DNA of 64,000 nt, taken from positions 41,050,401 through 41,114,400 of the forward strand of contig CM120641.1 of the NCBI GenBank assembly GCA_051362555.1, read 5' to 3'. The notes below the pieces were generated by a model that saw nothing but the letters and a program-made list of their open reading frames with translations, was not told where the DNA came from and did no database searches. Each line of letters begins with the position of its first letter. Positions within the stretch are counted from its first letter, which is position 1. The stretch is from Lingula anatina. Lineage: Eukaryota; Animalia; Brachiopoda. A program made the translations under genes and the position numbers. Positions 11,765 to 26,300 of this stretch are shown in pieces.

Positions 11765-14586
11765 TCAATCTAATGCAAATTTGGCCAAGAGAGAGAGGTG
11801 ATCAGACCCCAGGAATCTGTTTGGCAAACTCCCCAGCTGCTTGAGATCCTCATCAGAGAGCAAGCTGTACTGATCTCGTAGCTGCAAGTTTCCAGAAAAA
11901 TGCTGACCGCTCCCACTAGTGGAGTAAAAGATGTAGTCAACAGTGGCACTGGCACGGCTGTGGTGTGTGGTGATTTCCCTCTCCCCTGGTCTACCTGTCC
12001 ACCCAAGACAGTGGTCATAGACAGATCTTAAATTCAATGTATGACTCAACTGACCAGTTTCAAATGTCAAGGAATTTAGGGGTGAAGTTAAGTCTTTCTC
12101 TGACCGATTCCAATCTTTCTGCTGATGAATTCTTGGGTCTGAATCTGGCTCCTTACTAGTAGACTCTCTTTGAGACAAACTCTGGACGACTATCTCATCA
12201 GAGTCTTTGTTTTCGAGTAGTCTACCTGAGCAAGTAAGATCTTTTTGCACAGAAGGTGGTGAGGTGTGTTTTTTGTCCTCATTTTGTCTATTTGTACCAA
12301 TTTGATTATTTTGTTTGCCAGATTCTGATGAAGCGTTTTTGTCTTCATTATGTCTACCTGAGCAAGTCTGATTCTTTTGTTTGCCAGTTTCTAATGAAGT
12401 ATTTCTGTCTTCATTATGTCTACCTGAATAGGTTTGGTTCTCTTGGCTACCTGATTCTGGTGAAGCACTTTTGTCATCATTTTGTTTATCAGTACAAGTT
12501 TGATTCTTTTGTTCACCAGTTTCTGATGAAGCACTTTTGTCTTCCTTTTGTCCAACTGAACAAGTTTCAATCTTTTGTTTTCCATATTCTGATGAAGCAC
12601 CTTTGTCTTCATTCTGTTCACCTGAACTTTCCTTTTCCTTTTGTTGACTGAAGGGTGAAACAGTGTCCTTGTCCTCCAGTCCTCTTTTACTCTGAACATT
12701 ACCCTTGTCCCTTGAATATTGTGTACCCTGTTTGTTACACCTCTGCAAAAAGCTCTTAACCCAAATACATTGGTCTGAGATCCCCAAACTCCGTGGCAAT
12801 AACACCCTAGACAGTAAAACAGCCTTATTTGTGAAGAAATCTGTTTCTGACACAAGATGCCTAGGTATGCCTTCATATCTCAGGTGACCTGTCGTAAGAA
12901 ATGTATATAAAGGTGTGAAAGGATCTGTGTTGAAGTCTCCACACATTATAACTGGCCACCTTACCGTTTCCTTTTTAAAGGACACATCTTCCAGTGATGA
13001 AAGAAGAAGGGCTGTTTGTGCAAGTCTTACATCCCCACGCTTTGGGTTGAACAATAAATGAGTATTGCCTACAACAATCTTTTTATGACCAAATCTGTGA
13101 ACCTTCAGAAGAAGAATCAATGCAACATTGTCTCTATCAAGAATGTCAACCTTCTTATTAAATCTAACACACTTCATAGCAGCTAATGAAAATTTTCTAC
13201 GTTTGAAAAAGGTGGCACAGCCGTCTGGCTTATCTCCTGTCTTCTTCACATAGTGACCGATGTATCCTGAAATTGACAGGAAAAACTCAAGGCCACTACA
13301 CAAATAGGGTTTCACCAAAGGAGACTATTGCCTGATTTTTTTGCATTTGACATTTGCAAGTTAGTGGGTGTATGTAATCATACATTAATGGAAAAAAGTT
13401 TTGTTTATACTCATTTTATCTTTTAGTTCATTTACAATTTGACCACTTTTTGGTTTTGGGTATTAGAAAACAATTTAAGAAGGAACATTGCTAATTCTTA
13501 AACTTTCAAATACCAGATAATGAGACAGGTTACACTAAAAATATATATATTTAAAAATGTTGGGCTTACAATATTGTTTGTTTAACTTACCCAGGTGTTT
13601 TAATTGATACTGAAAGTCCTTGAAAACATATGATTCCATTTCTTGAAAACAAAGTATCTAGAGTAATAAATAAAATAATGCTATATTGACAAACAATATT
13701 TAAACATATCGATTATTATCATTTGATAGTGAAGTATATGGATCATTATCTTTGAAACAGAGAACTGTAGAGGTGTACAAAAAAAATTATTGAAAAATCC
13801 TTAAAATTTATATCCAGGTAAACTTACATCTGCTCGGTGATATGTTATCTCATTGAGTAACCTGTCCCTCCTAAATTCCCAGGCAAGGACAAAAGGGGGG
13901 CAATGACCATAAAGGTGCATATTGTCCATCAGATAGCGCTGGGCCAATATGTTGTAGGTCATCACTGTAAATTCCATTCTTCTTTTCATCCTCCTAGTAT
14001 CTTGTGAGAAATGTTGACTGACCCAAACACGCTTTGACAAGATCTGCTGGGCTTAAAAAAAGGAAAATTAAATTTCAACAAGCTAACGTCTACTGTCTTT
14101 ATGCTGACAGTCGTACAACAAGTGGTATACTATAGTATACTTAAAAGTTTAATAAGAATCTAACAAGGGGGGATAAATAGTTACATTTTTTACTGCTGCT
14201 AACAATATTGATTATTATCATTCATATGAAGTAAAGGATTGCACAGGCTACAACTGAAGTACAACAAAATCATTGTTACATGATGCAAGATTACAAGACT
14301 TACCAACATTCCAATGTCTATTTTCTCTTGGCCTTCGATGGGCAACTTCACCAACTGAACTTATGTCATTGCCCTGTTTTGCATTACTGTATGAATCGGG
14401 CACATTACTGTATGGACTTTTGTTTGACTTTGTTACACAATGCTCATCCTTTTCTCTATTGAAAATGTCATCGTAACGGCGTTTACTTCTCCGCTTGCCC
14501 TTATTATCGTCACTAGATTTGGGATCTTCTCCATGTTGTCTTGTGCATGTTTCAGCACTTCTGGTCTGCGAACCACTTGCAGCCAT
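11765..14586 (-). CDS. ANGEL2: Angel homolog (EEP-family, 2',3'-cyclic phosphatase type), about 691 aa
   Basis: Exons 14586-14304, 14051-13828, 13657-13591, 13266-11765 sum to 2076 nt. EEP motifs: TYNILAQ, DILCFQE, KPDGCATF, NTHLLFNPKRGDV, CGDFN, TVDYIFY, GSDHLSL. Probably a co-ortholog of ANGEL1 and ANGEL2. Confidence 0.92.
12265..12630 (-). repeat. Coding 66-bp (22-aa) tandem repeat in Angel, about 5.5 copies
   Basis: Units: SEYGKQKIETCSVGQKEDKSAS / SETGEQKNQTCTDKQNDDKSAS / PESGSQENQTYSGRHNEDRNTS / LETGKQKNQTCSGRHNEDKNAS / SESGKQNNQIGTNRQNEDKKHTS. Confidence 0.9.
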
Positions 14587-14699
14587 TTCTGAGGTAAATC
14601 TAACGGCAACCGATTCAACACATCGAGAACCTAGCTGCGGTGCTTGAAGTCAAATCTTATGTTCTACAGCATGAGCTATATTTCAATGGTGAAATGTTC

Positions 14700-14835
14700 A
14701 TTTTAACTTGACCCAGTTTCAAAGGGAGAATCGCAACTAGCACAATCTCAACCGGAAGTGTGGACTTTGCCGCCGCCTAGTGACGTCATGAGTAGACTAC
14801 AACATGTGCACTGAGAGACACAAAGACTAAACAAG
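14700..14835. promoter_or_regulatory. Putative bidirectional promoter for Angel and Smaug, with ETS and CRE motifs and a Smaug non-coding first exon
   Basis: ACCGGAAGTG at 14751-14760 (ETS/GABP consensus), TGACGTCA at 14781-14788 (CRE), and + strand donor AAG|GTGAGA at 14835/14836. Confidence 0.6.
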
Positions 14836-17306
14836 GTGAGAATTTCTTGGCTTTTCCCAAAGAAGGTACTTTTATTGTGTTTTGTGAATTAAAGTGAAAC
14901 CTTGTCAAACAGACTGAGTGAATTTTTTATTATGGTATTCATTTCTATTAGGAAATCGAAAAGGAAGAAGGATAACCGTTTTGTCTGTTGTTCGTGTTTT
15001 CGTTTGGCTTTGATCAGTCGAGTATGGCTACTCCATAAACCTAATGACTCATTCTCAGAGCAGACGAGTAAACAGTGTCGTGTGCTTCATATTAGACTTA
15101 GTGACTAAGAAAAAATATCCTTCCTCGAGAGTTCTTAGCATATTTCTCTGGACAGGTGAGTCTATTATTTAGTCAGAGTTAAGATTTGACCTAGTTTCCA
15201 CACCCGAAGACTGAGGAATGCGAGAAGCGTAACATCATTTCTTCTTGAGAAAGGTTGAAGTATTGGTTGATTTGGATGAAGCACTCAAAAGTTTTAAACC
15301 AGCAACGGAAAATCAGCATGGTAATAGTAAAAGTTTTAGAAGAACTGAGGAACTGATTGGTTAAGTCGGAATGTACAGCATTTTAAGTGATGTAAACGTG
15401 CATTTCCCATTTTTATGTACATGTCTTATATTTCACAAAGTCCCATTTGTTAATATTAACCCCTCCCAGAATTTCTTCATATGTGAGTTTTCTGTGAAAA
15501 GGGTTAAATGGATGAAGTTTCACCAGAAATTCTTGAATTGTTAGGAACAGAAAAGGTAAACGTTTCAATGAAGAATTGTACTTTGCAAAGCGCTATTTAT
15601 ATATAGACTAGCCTCTGTTTTTTTTTCGTTATGTGAAAATTCTGAGAAAGTTGAAGCATATCATGCAATATTCATTACAAGTAATATGGGGGTTTCAACA
15701 GTCTTGGGAAGAACCAGGGTCAGATTTGTATTGTTTTCAAAATGTGCCAATTTCTTGTGGCTTTATATATTATATAAAATCCCATTACAACAATGAAAAT
15801 TTATGAAGCCTTTTCAGAATGACTCCACAGTTACTCATTTGATGAAGCTTTCAACTTATACAACAAGTATAAATCCATGTTGAAGTTATTTGAGACGAGC
15901 ATGGCAGTAGATTTAAGAAGAGATCTGTTATCTATGGGAATATAAGCTAAATGATATGCAAAGATATGTCAACAATATCTTTGTTGTAAACAGGACTTTA
16001 TACGTATTTTACTTGGAACTTGTTTCTCAGATGGTAATCTGTTCTCAAGTAGTCCATGTTACTCCTTTTTGCCACAAGAGTAACGGAATTATCAAACAGG
16101 TTTTCTTGTATTTTGTGAAAGGACATACACAGAAAAAGTTAAGAGTAGATTAAATGACACTGGTGCAAGTAGTAGACCTAAATATTATGTGAATTTCTAG
16201 TACATCTGTAATATTCTTTCATTTGTTTGTCCTAAGCTAAATGTAAGGTTGCACCAGTTATTTGTTGAATGGGTATTTTTATTGGCACATTGTAGTCCGT
16301 TCTCATAGAAGAAGAATCCCTCAGCTCGTGAAAATAGGTGAAGTAATGTGGGGTAATATATTCTGATGGAAAAACTGCTAGTTCACTGCCATGGTTGTAA
16401 ATGTTAGTATAAAGGTCAAGGCAACTACACGATAAAGCACAATGTTTGTACATAGATTAGAACATCATGCAAACCCTCTCCCAGACTCATCCCGCTGAAG
16501 CCATACAATAAAGATAAACATTATTTAATCACTTCAGATACGACAGGAAGCTCTTTTAAATGGCTTCACAAGGGTTTGGCCCAGGGATATTCATACACAA
16601 CAACAACAAACATACAATGTGTCATGAGTCAATAATCCTATGGATTAACCCTGTTGGTGTTAGGTATATTAGTGAGTGTGGAGCTTGGATACTCCTTAGT
16701 TGTCACATGCACTCCATGGCTTCCTTCGCCTGTTAGCACTCCTAGAAGTTGCTAGTGAAAAAATCAATGAAGACAGTCCTCCATTGGTGGCAAAGCATAG
16801 GGGCTATAGAGATTGCAAATAGGCAGTGTCTGGGTTCTGGTGTTTTTGTTTTGACGGAGATAAGGAGAAGAGTGACATGAACAGATGGTGCTGGATCTTG
16901 TAATTCTTAGAAAATCCAGTGCAGTTTTACATGGAAATTGGAATCAATAGATTGAGTGAGATTTTCCGATAGCACAGCACTTGCAGTGCAAGGCTTTACT
17001 AATTTCACATATGTCATATTTTCATTGTATGTTTCTCAAGGGTGTGTTTTGTAATTGACATTTACATAAGGTTGTCCACAAGATGTGACTTTGTCTTATT
17101 CTTTAGTAGACAATTATATTGAATATAATTGCCAATTTGGTCACCTTCGATGTGAATTTTGTTAACTCATGTTTTATTATTATTATTATTATTTTAGATG
17201 TGATGGCCTAGTGGAACACTAGCCTGAATGTATCTCAGAGGAAATATAAAACAATAGAAGTGAGGTGTGAGCAAGGGCATTCCACACCAGATATTAAGCA
17301 GGAACA

Positions 17307-20300
17307 ATGAAATCCACACATGCATTCCGCGACCAGGTGAATGCAGTGACTGGGTGGTTTCAGGACTGGAATGTCTGTGAGCAGACAGTAGCATTGTACT
17401 CACTTTTGAAGAAGCTGAACGCCATACAGGCCAAGTTTTTACTCCAGGTCCTGGAACAGAATGTATCAGACTGCACTGATGTTCAACTCACAGAACAAGA
17501 GGCAAATGATGCAGGTATGTGCAGTGGGGGCTTTGTCTCAGTTGAAATATGGGCCATTTGTTATTATTATTTTCTTTACTCAGGTGTGATTTTTATCTGG
17601 AGTCAGCTGCAGATCTTTAGTATTTATTCACTTACCCAATTGACTAATTATCTAGGTTATTTGTTATCAGTTTTATTATATAAATGCACTAGTGCTTATC
17701 AGATAAATTGTTATTATATTGTATCAGTAGCTACCTACTGACATAAGAGCCAAGCTTTTAATTTAATGAGTTTGGATCCTGGATTCAAGGTATCAAGTTT
17801 AGTAGACTCTTTGAATTGATATTCATGTTATCTAATTCTGACTGTCAGATGTTTACTTTGAGGAAGTGCTCAAACCTTATTATGAACTATCTCAGACAAG
17901 ACAATTTCATTACCATACCTATTTATTTCTTTGCATTTAGATATCTAATTGAATTGGTAGACCTAGGAACAAGGCATTGTCTATATATTGCTGATTTGTA
18001 ACAACCAGCTCCTTCTATATTTAAATCTTTCATGTCCATATGTTAATTTGAATACCAGTACATACTAAAACTTAAAAACCCTCTCCTGTTGTAACTACAG
18101 GTGAATCATAGTATTTTTATGTAAACTAGTAAAGGGGGCATTGGGAGTTGATGTGTTATGGGTCTGTTTACACAGTTTGCCCCCTGACCTTGTAAGAGAG
18201 GCCAAATACAGGCAGCTACTTGGCCTGCTACAAATCAGGTCTATTGCATGCTATGACCTCCATTGACTCGGCCTCTTTCACAGGTTGTTTTCTAACTGTT
18301 GTGTACACAAAAGATAGAGGCTTAACCTGTAAAAAGCACTCTTTTGAGATATCCAGTATATTGTATTTTGCTTTATTGTAGTTAAAGTGTAAATTCATTA
18401 AAAGATGAAGACTTTTACATAGATACAAATTGGAAGCAAACTGGCAAAAAGCCAGTTATGTGTGAAGGAAATAGATTTACCTTTTGTGGTATATTTCTGT
18501 TTGCAGTCTTCATTGTTAGAATAATTTGCATAAGGCAAAGTGGACAGTTGAATGATTGAAGTTAATTCTTAAAAATTAGGTCCTCATTTTAAGCTTGAAA
18601 GCTATGGTTTCATTATCATAGATAAATACTGATGATCTTGATTACAGGCTGAGTGCAGCTATCAAAACAGCTTGAAACAGGTACACTATGGGTTGTTAAC
18701 CCTTCATTGTTTATAGTTTGGTCTCTAGACTGCCATAACAATTATCACCAAAAAGATTACATTTCCTGAGTCAAATCATATTTCAGAAAAGTAAGCATAT
18801 ATTTTAAGGCCAATATTTTGGTAAGATTATGTCGATGGATAAGTTTTCTTCGTCTTACAAACTGGAAAGACACACTTTAAAACCCCTGTTTTGACTTTTT
18901 AACATGTAAACAGAAATGGGTATTTTTCATGTTACAACATCCACAACATACAATATTAAATCATTTGTGTTCAGCACAGCATGACTTTATCAACCAGGAA
19001 GTCAGAGTTTGTTTTGTATTCTTCCTCTACCATATAGACGCTTTCAGGGACTTCCCTTGTTAAGACAAGAAACTATTGTCTCTTGTAGTTCAATAACAGG
19101 AAAGGAAAGCTTTGCTCTTTTGGTGTCATGATGGTCAGACTTGCTCTCTTCTATGTGTAGATAAAATCTTTGTTCCTTGGGAAAACATTTATAATATAGC
19201 TTATTACAAGAATGAAACATTTGGTGCTGGTTTTGATCCTATTATTACACGATGACTGTCATAAAGAAAATATTGACACACTCTTCTCTTTTAACATTTT
19301 TTATTGAGGAAACAAGGGTTATGTTGTGTCTTCATAATATCCTAACAACCATGCATTTTTTTTTTAATTGGCATGACACTTAGTTTGGTTGTTTAATTAC
19401 TAAAAGCACAAGGCACTGTGCCTTTGAAGCACTAGTTTGTTCCTCTTTGTTTAAGAAGTGGTGCTTAGATGCAGGAACCGATCAAAATGATAATAAGCTA
19501 AATTAGCTTCAATTTTGTACTTCAAAGTCTAACTAGAGTACACATTTAAATAAGAATAACTAATGTTTGATGTCTTGTAAAGTAAATAATTATTTAGAAT
19601 TAGGGCAAGGATTTAGTCTAGACTGAATTATAATTGCCTCGTATATGTTGACCTGATTCACAATGGTATGAAGTCTGCAGGCTTGTGCACACTGGCTGAA
19701 GATGTGTTTCGATTGTCATAAAGTTAAGGAAAATGATATTTGTTGGCCAATATATCATGTTTAGGTAAAATATATAAATGGACCTGGGCTGTTAAAGAAT
19801 GCCAACTCCATACAGTTATGAAGTATGCGGGAAGTGTTTTGTTATGGTCAGTATCACTGTCACTGTTGACCACAATCTGTCTCCTCGTCAGCACAGGAAG
19901 TGGCGCGGATGCTTCAGACTTAATTAAACAGTGGTTGATATTGTCACATTGCATGTGATTTGTTTTCTGTTTGATATGATGCTGTCTGCTATGTGACAAA
20001 GCGCTGTGACTGGATTGTTTGCTCATAAATTATCACACCTAGGCTTAACTGTGCTCAGGCTATACTGACTTATTTCCTCCACTATGTAGGGGACTTTTTC
20101 CTGTTTTTTGTAATCTGAGTCTAAATGAAATTAACAGGAGAGAAGAAAAGGGTGCTTTAATAGGGTCACTTGGAAGTTAAGGCAACTTTAAGGTCTGTTT
20201 TTTTGGGAGTGCTGGATAATCAGTTTATCCAAATAGATATATTGGACAGACAGTATTTCATAGTTAACATTTGTTAATTTTGTCTGTAAGGTAGAAAGGT

Positions 20301-23300
20301 GTGTGTGTGGAAGGTGTGTGTGTGTGTGTGTGTGTGTGTGGGGGGGGTCACAGTAAGTGCACCTATATATTTAAGTGTCAAGAAAATCCAAGAAAAGTGG
20401 TCTATCTCCATGTACTCTTGCTTGTGTGAAGAAATACGAGGCGTGTGAGAAAATTGTGTGTCTAATAGCAGCAAAAATGCTTTGAGCATAACAGTAAAGG
20501 TATATACCTTCTGTTCTTGATAGCAGACCCAATATAGTAGTTTTTGATATTAGAATGTAGTGGAAGGTAGACTTTGGCACTCCAGACCCAAGAGGTCCTG
20601 GCAGAAAGCCAAGAAAAAAAAGAACGGAAATAATCTTGCCAAGGGAATAGTACACCTTCAAGTAGCATGCCAAGACTTTCCATGTCTAGACTTGGTATAA
20701 ATAACAATAATTTGCCAGTGGTAGTAGCTACCACCTTGCAAAGCCAGTCACTTTATAAACAGGGTTTATCAACTTATTGCTATAGACAACATCAATGCAC
20801 AGCAATTACAGGCCATGATCAAGATTCTAATCGGGGCATAAAGGTTGCCTTTTTTTAGTTTGGGTAATTAGGTATATTCAGATGCCTATCAGAAAGAATG
20901 GTTTTTCTGCCTGCACAAGTTACTTTTCTATTGTTCTCTCTATACTTTGATGTTATCACCCCTGGCTGGAGCCATTGCTCTCCCCCCGTATAGCTGGCTG
21001 TTATTATGTGTCCCCTGATGATATCATCCTCAGGTGTTGGGGTGGGAGATATAACAATGGCTAGTGAACTAAAGGGAAAACAGAATATATGTGATACTGG
21101 TCAGGTAGATCGGGTATCAGTGATGGTGTTAGACGTCTTGTGTTAAATCTAAGGAACAGTCAAGGTCTCATTGGATTGTGTCACTTGTAATTTGGCTTCA
21201 TTACCACAAATTCAATAGTATACAAAGTTTAAAAGGGTTCCATTATGAAATGAGTTTTCAGTTGCATCCAGTAAGAAGGTTCCACATGATCTTCATGAAG
21301 GTAGCTAGATGCTTGAGTAATGATATTGATCAGCCCTTATTTATTCATAATCTTAAACAGTCCCCCCTGATTTCTTCTTGTGTTGTTCTCTTCTTCATGC
21401 TTCTTTTTCTTCAACTAGGAAATGTCCTTCTTTGTTTAAGATGCCATATAACTATGATATATCAGGTATTTATTGTTTGTAAGCTTCATCTGCCTGTCAT
21501 GGTAACAGTATTACATTTAAATTCTCTGCAATCAGTCATCATATCATCGTATTTGGACACATTCACACTTGCTTGATATTGTTTTTTGTACAAAAGCAGG
21601 TGCTCAATCAGAATTTGTTAGCACTGAGAACAGATCAGTGCAGAGATTTGATTATTCTTTGGACGGGGTCAGCATGTGTTCTGACACATTTTTTTACTAA
21701 GAAGGAGACTGGAGTCAGTGTTTACAATACAAAGAGATATATTTTTAGAGATCTAATCATAGAGGACAGGATATTGTTTTTAAGAAGGAAATTAATGAAA
21801 CTGTAAGGAAAGTGAGAATAGAAATATTCCTGCTGTTGCATGATGATCATATTTTACACAATGGAGAGAGGGGTGAAAAAATTATTTAAAGAACATGTTT
21901 TTAGTATAAAAGCAATAAAATTAAGTACTCCAGTTTGCACGTGTTTTGCTCTATTTTGATCTTATAAAAAACATCACAATGAAGATCAGTGAACACTTCA
22001 AGTGTGAAGTGTCTCACAGCAAATAATAACATCAGTATCCATGCCACTAGTGTTTGCAGGTCAGTAATACATCAGGTTACATAAAAGGTGATGCCCTTTT
22101 ACCTCATCTCTTGAAGGTAAAAAAGGACATCTTGGTTCTGTTTATATGTGAGAATAAGCTTGCAAAACTGTTGAAGACCTTGGCTCTTATCAGAATCATA
22201 TTTTATTATAGTTTTGTTTCTGTTTATTATTTTCTATTTATTTTGGGGAGTCAGTAGACATTATATATGGGATAAAATGTCATGTTGAAGACCGATAGAT
22301 TTGTACTACACTGCTCAGACATTGCTGTTTTTTATATGTTTAAAAAAATTCTAAAGTATTGGATGCAAAACAGTCTTCTTGGCAAGCATGTTTCACTTTT
22401 TCATGCGCAGAGTCATTTATACAAAAGGATGCCTAATTCAAACATAAGGACATTGTTTAGCTGTAAATATTTTCATGTGTAGCTGGCAGAAATTCGTGAT
22501 ACTGTGGTTAAATCCAGACGAGGATTAATTTTCGCCCTTATGTACTTGATGCATGTCATTGCTAGTTGTTGTTACTTTTTGTGGCAGGCTGTTGGCTATG
22601 ATATCACTGGCATTGGACATGGAAAAAATGATTAGATTCACACTGCATAGGTTGTTTAAGGAAGAATAGTGCAAGCTGGTATATGAAAGACAAAATAACA
22701 GGCACTAATAAAAAGATTGTTCTTTTGTGTTACCTGAGATGTTCCTAAATTGAAAATGCTCCTTACGTAAATGGAGTGTTGATTTTTTTAAACTTCCTGT
22801 ACTTGAACGTTTTGAAATAATGGCAATACAAAACAAAGGTAATATAATACTGACATGTTAGTGACAATTCTTAATTCAATGAATTTGAGGAATGTGTGTC
22901 ATGATGTGACAAAGCCTATATTTTTTGTTAGGATAATGTGAAATTGAGTCCAGATGTGATGCCGACAGGTTTAAAATGTGATGCTGACAGGTTTAAAAGA
23001 TGAGTAATTGTAAGGTAATTTCCCATTAACAATCTCTCTCCAATGATTTTTCAGACACATTTCCCAAGGATTTTTTTTTTCTTACAAGATAGATTCCAAG
23101 ATGAAAGTAGATAATGTATTACTTAAATATCTGAAAGTTTCAAGAGAGCATCATGAAATAACAAAGCTGGAATTAAAAAAAAATTTGATAAAAAGGCTGG
23201 GGTGTGAAATGTGAGACTAATTACAACATGTTGACCTACCTGTCAGCTAGGTCACATTTCACCACAGGAATTTATGTAACAGACTGCTCAAGTTTAGAGC

Positions 23301-26300
23301 TTACTTAAGACTTCTTAGCTCAGATAGCAGAGAATGGCCAAGACTTCTGAAAGTTACCAAAATTTTAATGATCACTGTTGTTTTTGAAGAGTAGGTGTAA
23401 AGTGGACATTATGTAACTAAATTGGCTATGGTCACACCAAAATGAAAAATCTAGTTGTACATGTAGAATTCATAGGCTTAGCCACTCATATTGATAAGTG
23501 TGTTAGCCAGTAGCAAGACCTTCTCAGGTTTGCTACCCATGAAATGCTTTGAGGTATGATCTTTATCAAATATGTTTTGGTTAGATGCATCAGATGATGC
23601 TTTTAGATTCATTTTATATAACATGTGGTTATTTTCAGGTAGCTGATGTAACAATGTCACTTTGACCTTTTGATTCATGCCGTGGATAATAAACATGTCT
23701 GAATATGCTGAGATTCCTTTTATTTCTAGACAATGTGGGAACTGATGTTTGAATATCATGCGATAACAAGGCATTCATTGCAATATTTAAATGGTTTGAA
23801 ATGATTTAGGATTTATCATCATTACTCACTGAAACCACACACAGTCATAATGAAAGGGTTATCGTTATTGAGATCCTGGACAACAATTTCCTCCTTGATA
23901 GGGTCAAATACTGCATTGAGAATAGAGGTATATGATATCATATTTACTCTTAGGGACCATTCCCACAGATATTTGGATCGATCTATCTCCCTGGGGAGTC
24001 TCACTTAATTACTATCAGTTTAACTGGCTTAAATGTCTGTCACGCCTACTAAAAGCTGTTAGGGGGTAATTAACTTTTGTGCACGCTAGGCTCCCTCTTG
24101 AGCTGATAGCAATTTAGCGTGAAACCCCAGGGAGTTAGGTCAATCTAGATGGATCGATCTAAGTATGGGAACCCAGTCTTAGACTTTATTCCCATAGACA
24201 CCATCAGTCTACATGGACCAACCAAATTCTGCGGGGATTCTCATTGAGTGCAATCGGCTTAACTGAATTACACGCCTCCTTTTGTTTTCAACTTACTCAT
24301 ATAATCACCAGCTTTTCTGCATTGAACTAAACACCGGGAGGAGGCATGTTAACCTGTTGAACTGATTGCATTCAGGAAGAGTCCCCGCGGAGTTGGGTCG
24401 TTCAACGTATGTAATGGTGTCCGTTGGAATGGGACCTAAGATTAGCCCAAGGTAGTCAGTCTGCTGAGTAGATTTTATGCCATCGAGTTGAATTTCAGCT
24501 CTACTTGTAGTATCTGTTTGACCTCACAGCATGCTAATGTTTTGAAATCGACATTAAGAAGAGAGAGGTGACACATCCCATGCTTGAGCAGTCATCTTTG
24601 ACTTATCTCAGAACAGGGAGAATATATATGGGCCATTCCGTGGTATTTTTTTGCTGTTACTGAAGGACATTTGACACTTCAAATGAAAATATTTTCAAAA
24701 GTAAAAAAGTTACAAGGTCCGTTTTTTGTATGTTTATTCTTCTTTATGTAAGTTATAATTAGGCAAAAAATTAGGTTTAAAAAATTATAGTTACGAAAAA
24801 ATTATAATTTATATTTTAGTTTGGATTGACTAATTAAAGTAATCATCAAATATATGTAGTTTGTTATGGCCTTAGTATAAGAGAGACTATAAAAACAAAC
24901 CACTTATTAGAACCCAAACCAGTCACCATTGTCAAACTTCTGATATAAATCAGTCATTAAGTGACATTTATTGGTTTTTCATACAGGATCCTCAATGACA
25001 GTTATGTGTGTATTTGTTTCCAGATTACATTAGCAGTCTGTGTAATGAGCCTAGGGACTCCCAGGTATTACAGCTGTTATCACACCTGCCACTGCTGAGG
25101 CCGGGGAACGAGGTGGCCAAGACAGAGTACCTCAAGCTCATTCCCATCCTTCTGCAGTACTCCATAGAGAATGGCGTCCACATTGAGGAGAGTCGTCAGC
25201 TGCTGTCGTACTCCCTGATCCACCCCGCCATCAACAGCGAGGAACGTTCTCAGTTTACTTTGTGGCTGGGCCACCTGGAGGAACGTTTTGCACACACTAA
25301 CTATCCCGCCAGACTTCAGCAGCAACCACAGCAATCCAACGGACTTGCTCCTCATTATAACGACACTGGTGTCATGCCCCCTGGTTACATGAACGGCACT
25401 GGTGCCCCAGGCGGTCGTGGCATGAACGGCTGGCCCAATGGCGGCGGGTCTGCCAGAGATTCTGGGATTGGAATGAATGGCTGTGAGAATTACCAGTACG
25501 TTGGCAGCAGCAGTAGTAGTATGCTGTCAGTCAATGGTGCTAGTGTGCCAGGGGACGGCAGGCATGTCCCCTTACACACCACATCCTCAGCTCCACCAAA
25601 CTTTCAGAATAACGGTTCTTCTCAGCCAGGTCAGTGGAAAAATGAAATGTGTGGGACTCTAGTATTAATGTTTGATTGGTAATAAAATCTCAGAATTATG
25701 TATTTTTCCTTAGTGTTTTACCTTTGCTCATCTACTGGTAATATTTATCTTTCTTTCTATCCTTTTTTCCTCCTGCAGAAAGTCGGTCTAATTTAATCTG
25801 TTACTTTTTGATGCGATGTCAGCCAAGTTGTGCTGGGTGAGAAGACAGATTTCTGTGCCAAGATCCAAATTGAATTACAAATACCATGATTCATGTGGGT
25901 TGCTTTATATGCAGTGGTGTTAACCACAGGCTTATTCTCTTCTGTTCGATCAGGTAACCAGCATAGTCGTCTGAAGCGGACAGCATCCGTGACCCCTCCT
26001 GTACCCGTGCCACTGAGTGTTGCAGACTGGGGCTTTATGCAGCAGCAACAGGATGAAGGCACACCACGCACGTCGCGCTCACACTCGCTCACCCTTGATC
26101 ATGCCCCCCTCTCCCCACAGAGCAGCGCGGCATCTTCCGGGAGTGGCAGCGAGTCCCACCATGATGAGCGGTCCGAGAGGAATACTTTCTTAGAAGACAG
26201 TAGTGGAATGAGAGGTAGCTTGAAACCAAAATTGCCCAGAGATGTTTTAGATTTGTTTGCATTATAATTAATTTTAGCATCAGGAGCCAGATTTACAGAT

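Noticed and set aside
12265-12630. Regularly spaced repeats resembling a CRISPR array
   Set aside because: The units are contiguous, degenerate and in-frame in a eukaryotic exon; there are no unique spacers and no cas genes.
12256-12876. Alternate-frame and antisense ORFs (131 aa +, 161 aa -) over the Angel repeat
   Set aside because: By-products of the 66-bp coding repeat; no independent splice signals or recognisable domain.
17515-25023. Many 60-130 aa ORFs in the 7.5-kb Smaug intron as a possible nested gene
   Set aside because: AT-rich, compositionally random translations with no motif or consistent exon chain.
25779-25836. Possible extra Smaug cassette exon after a strong polypyrimidine tract and CAG
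   Set aside because: The available donor (GG|GTGAG) gives the wrong phase; at most a poison exon, which cannot be supported without RNA data.
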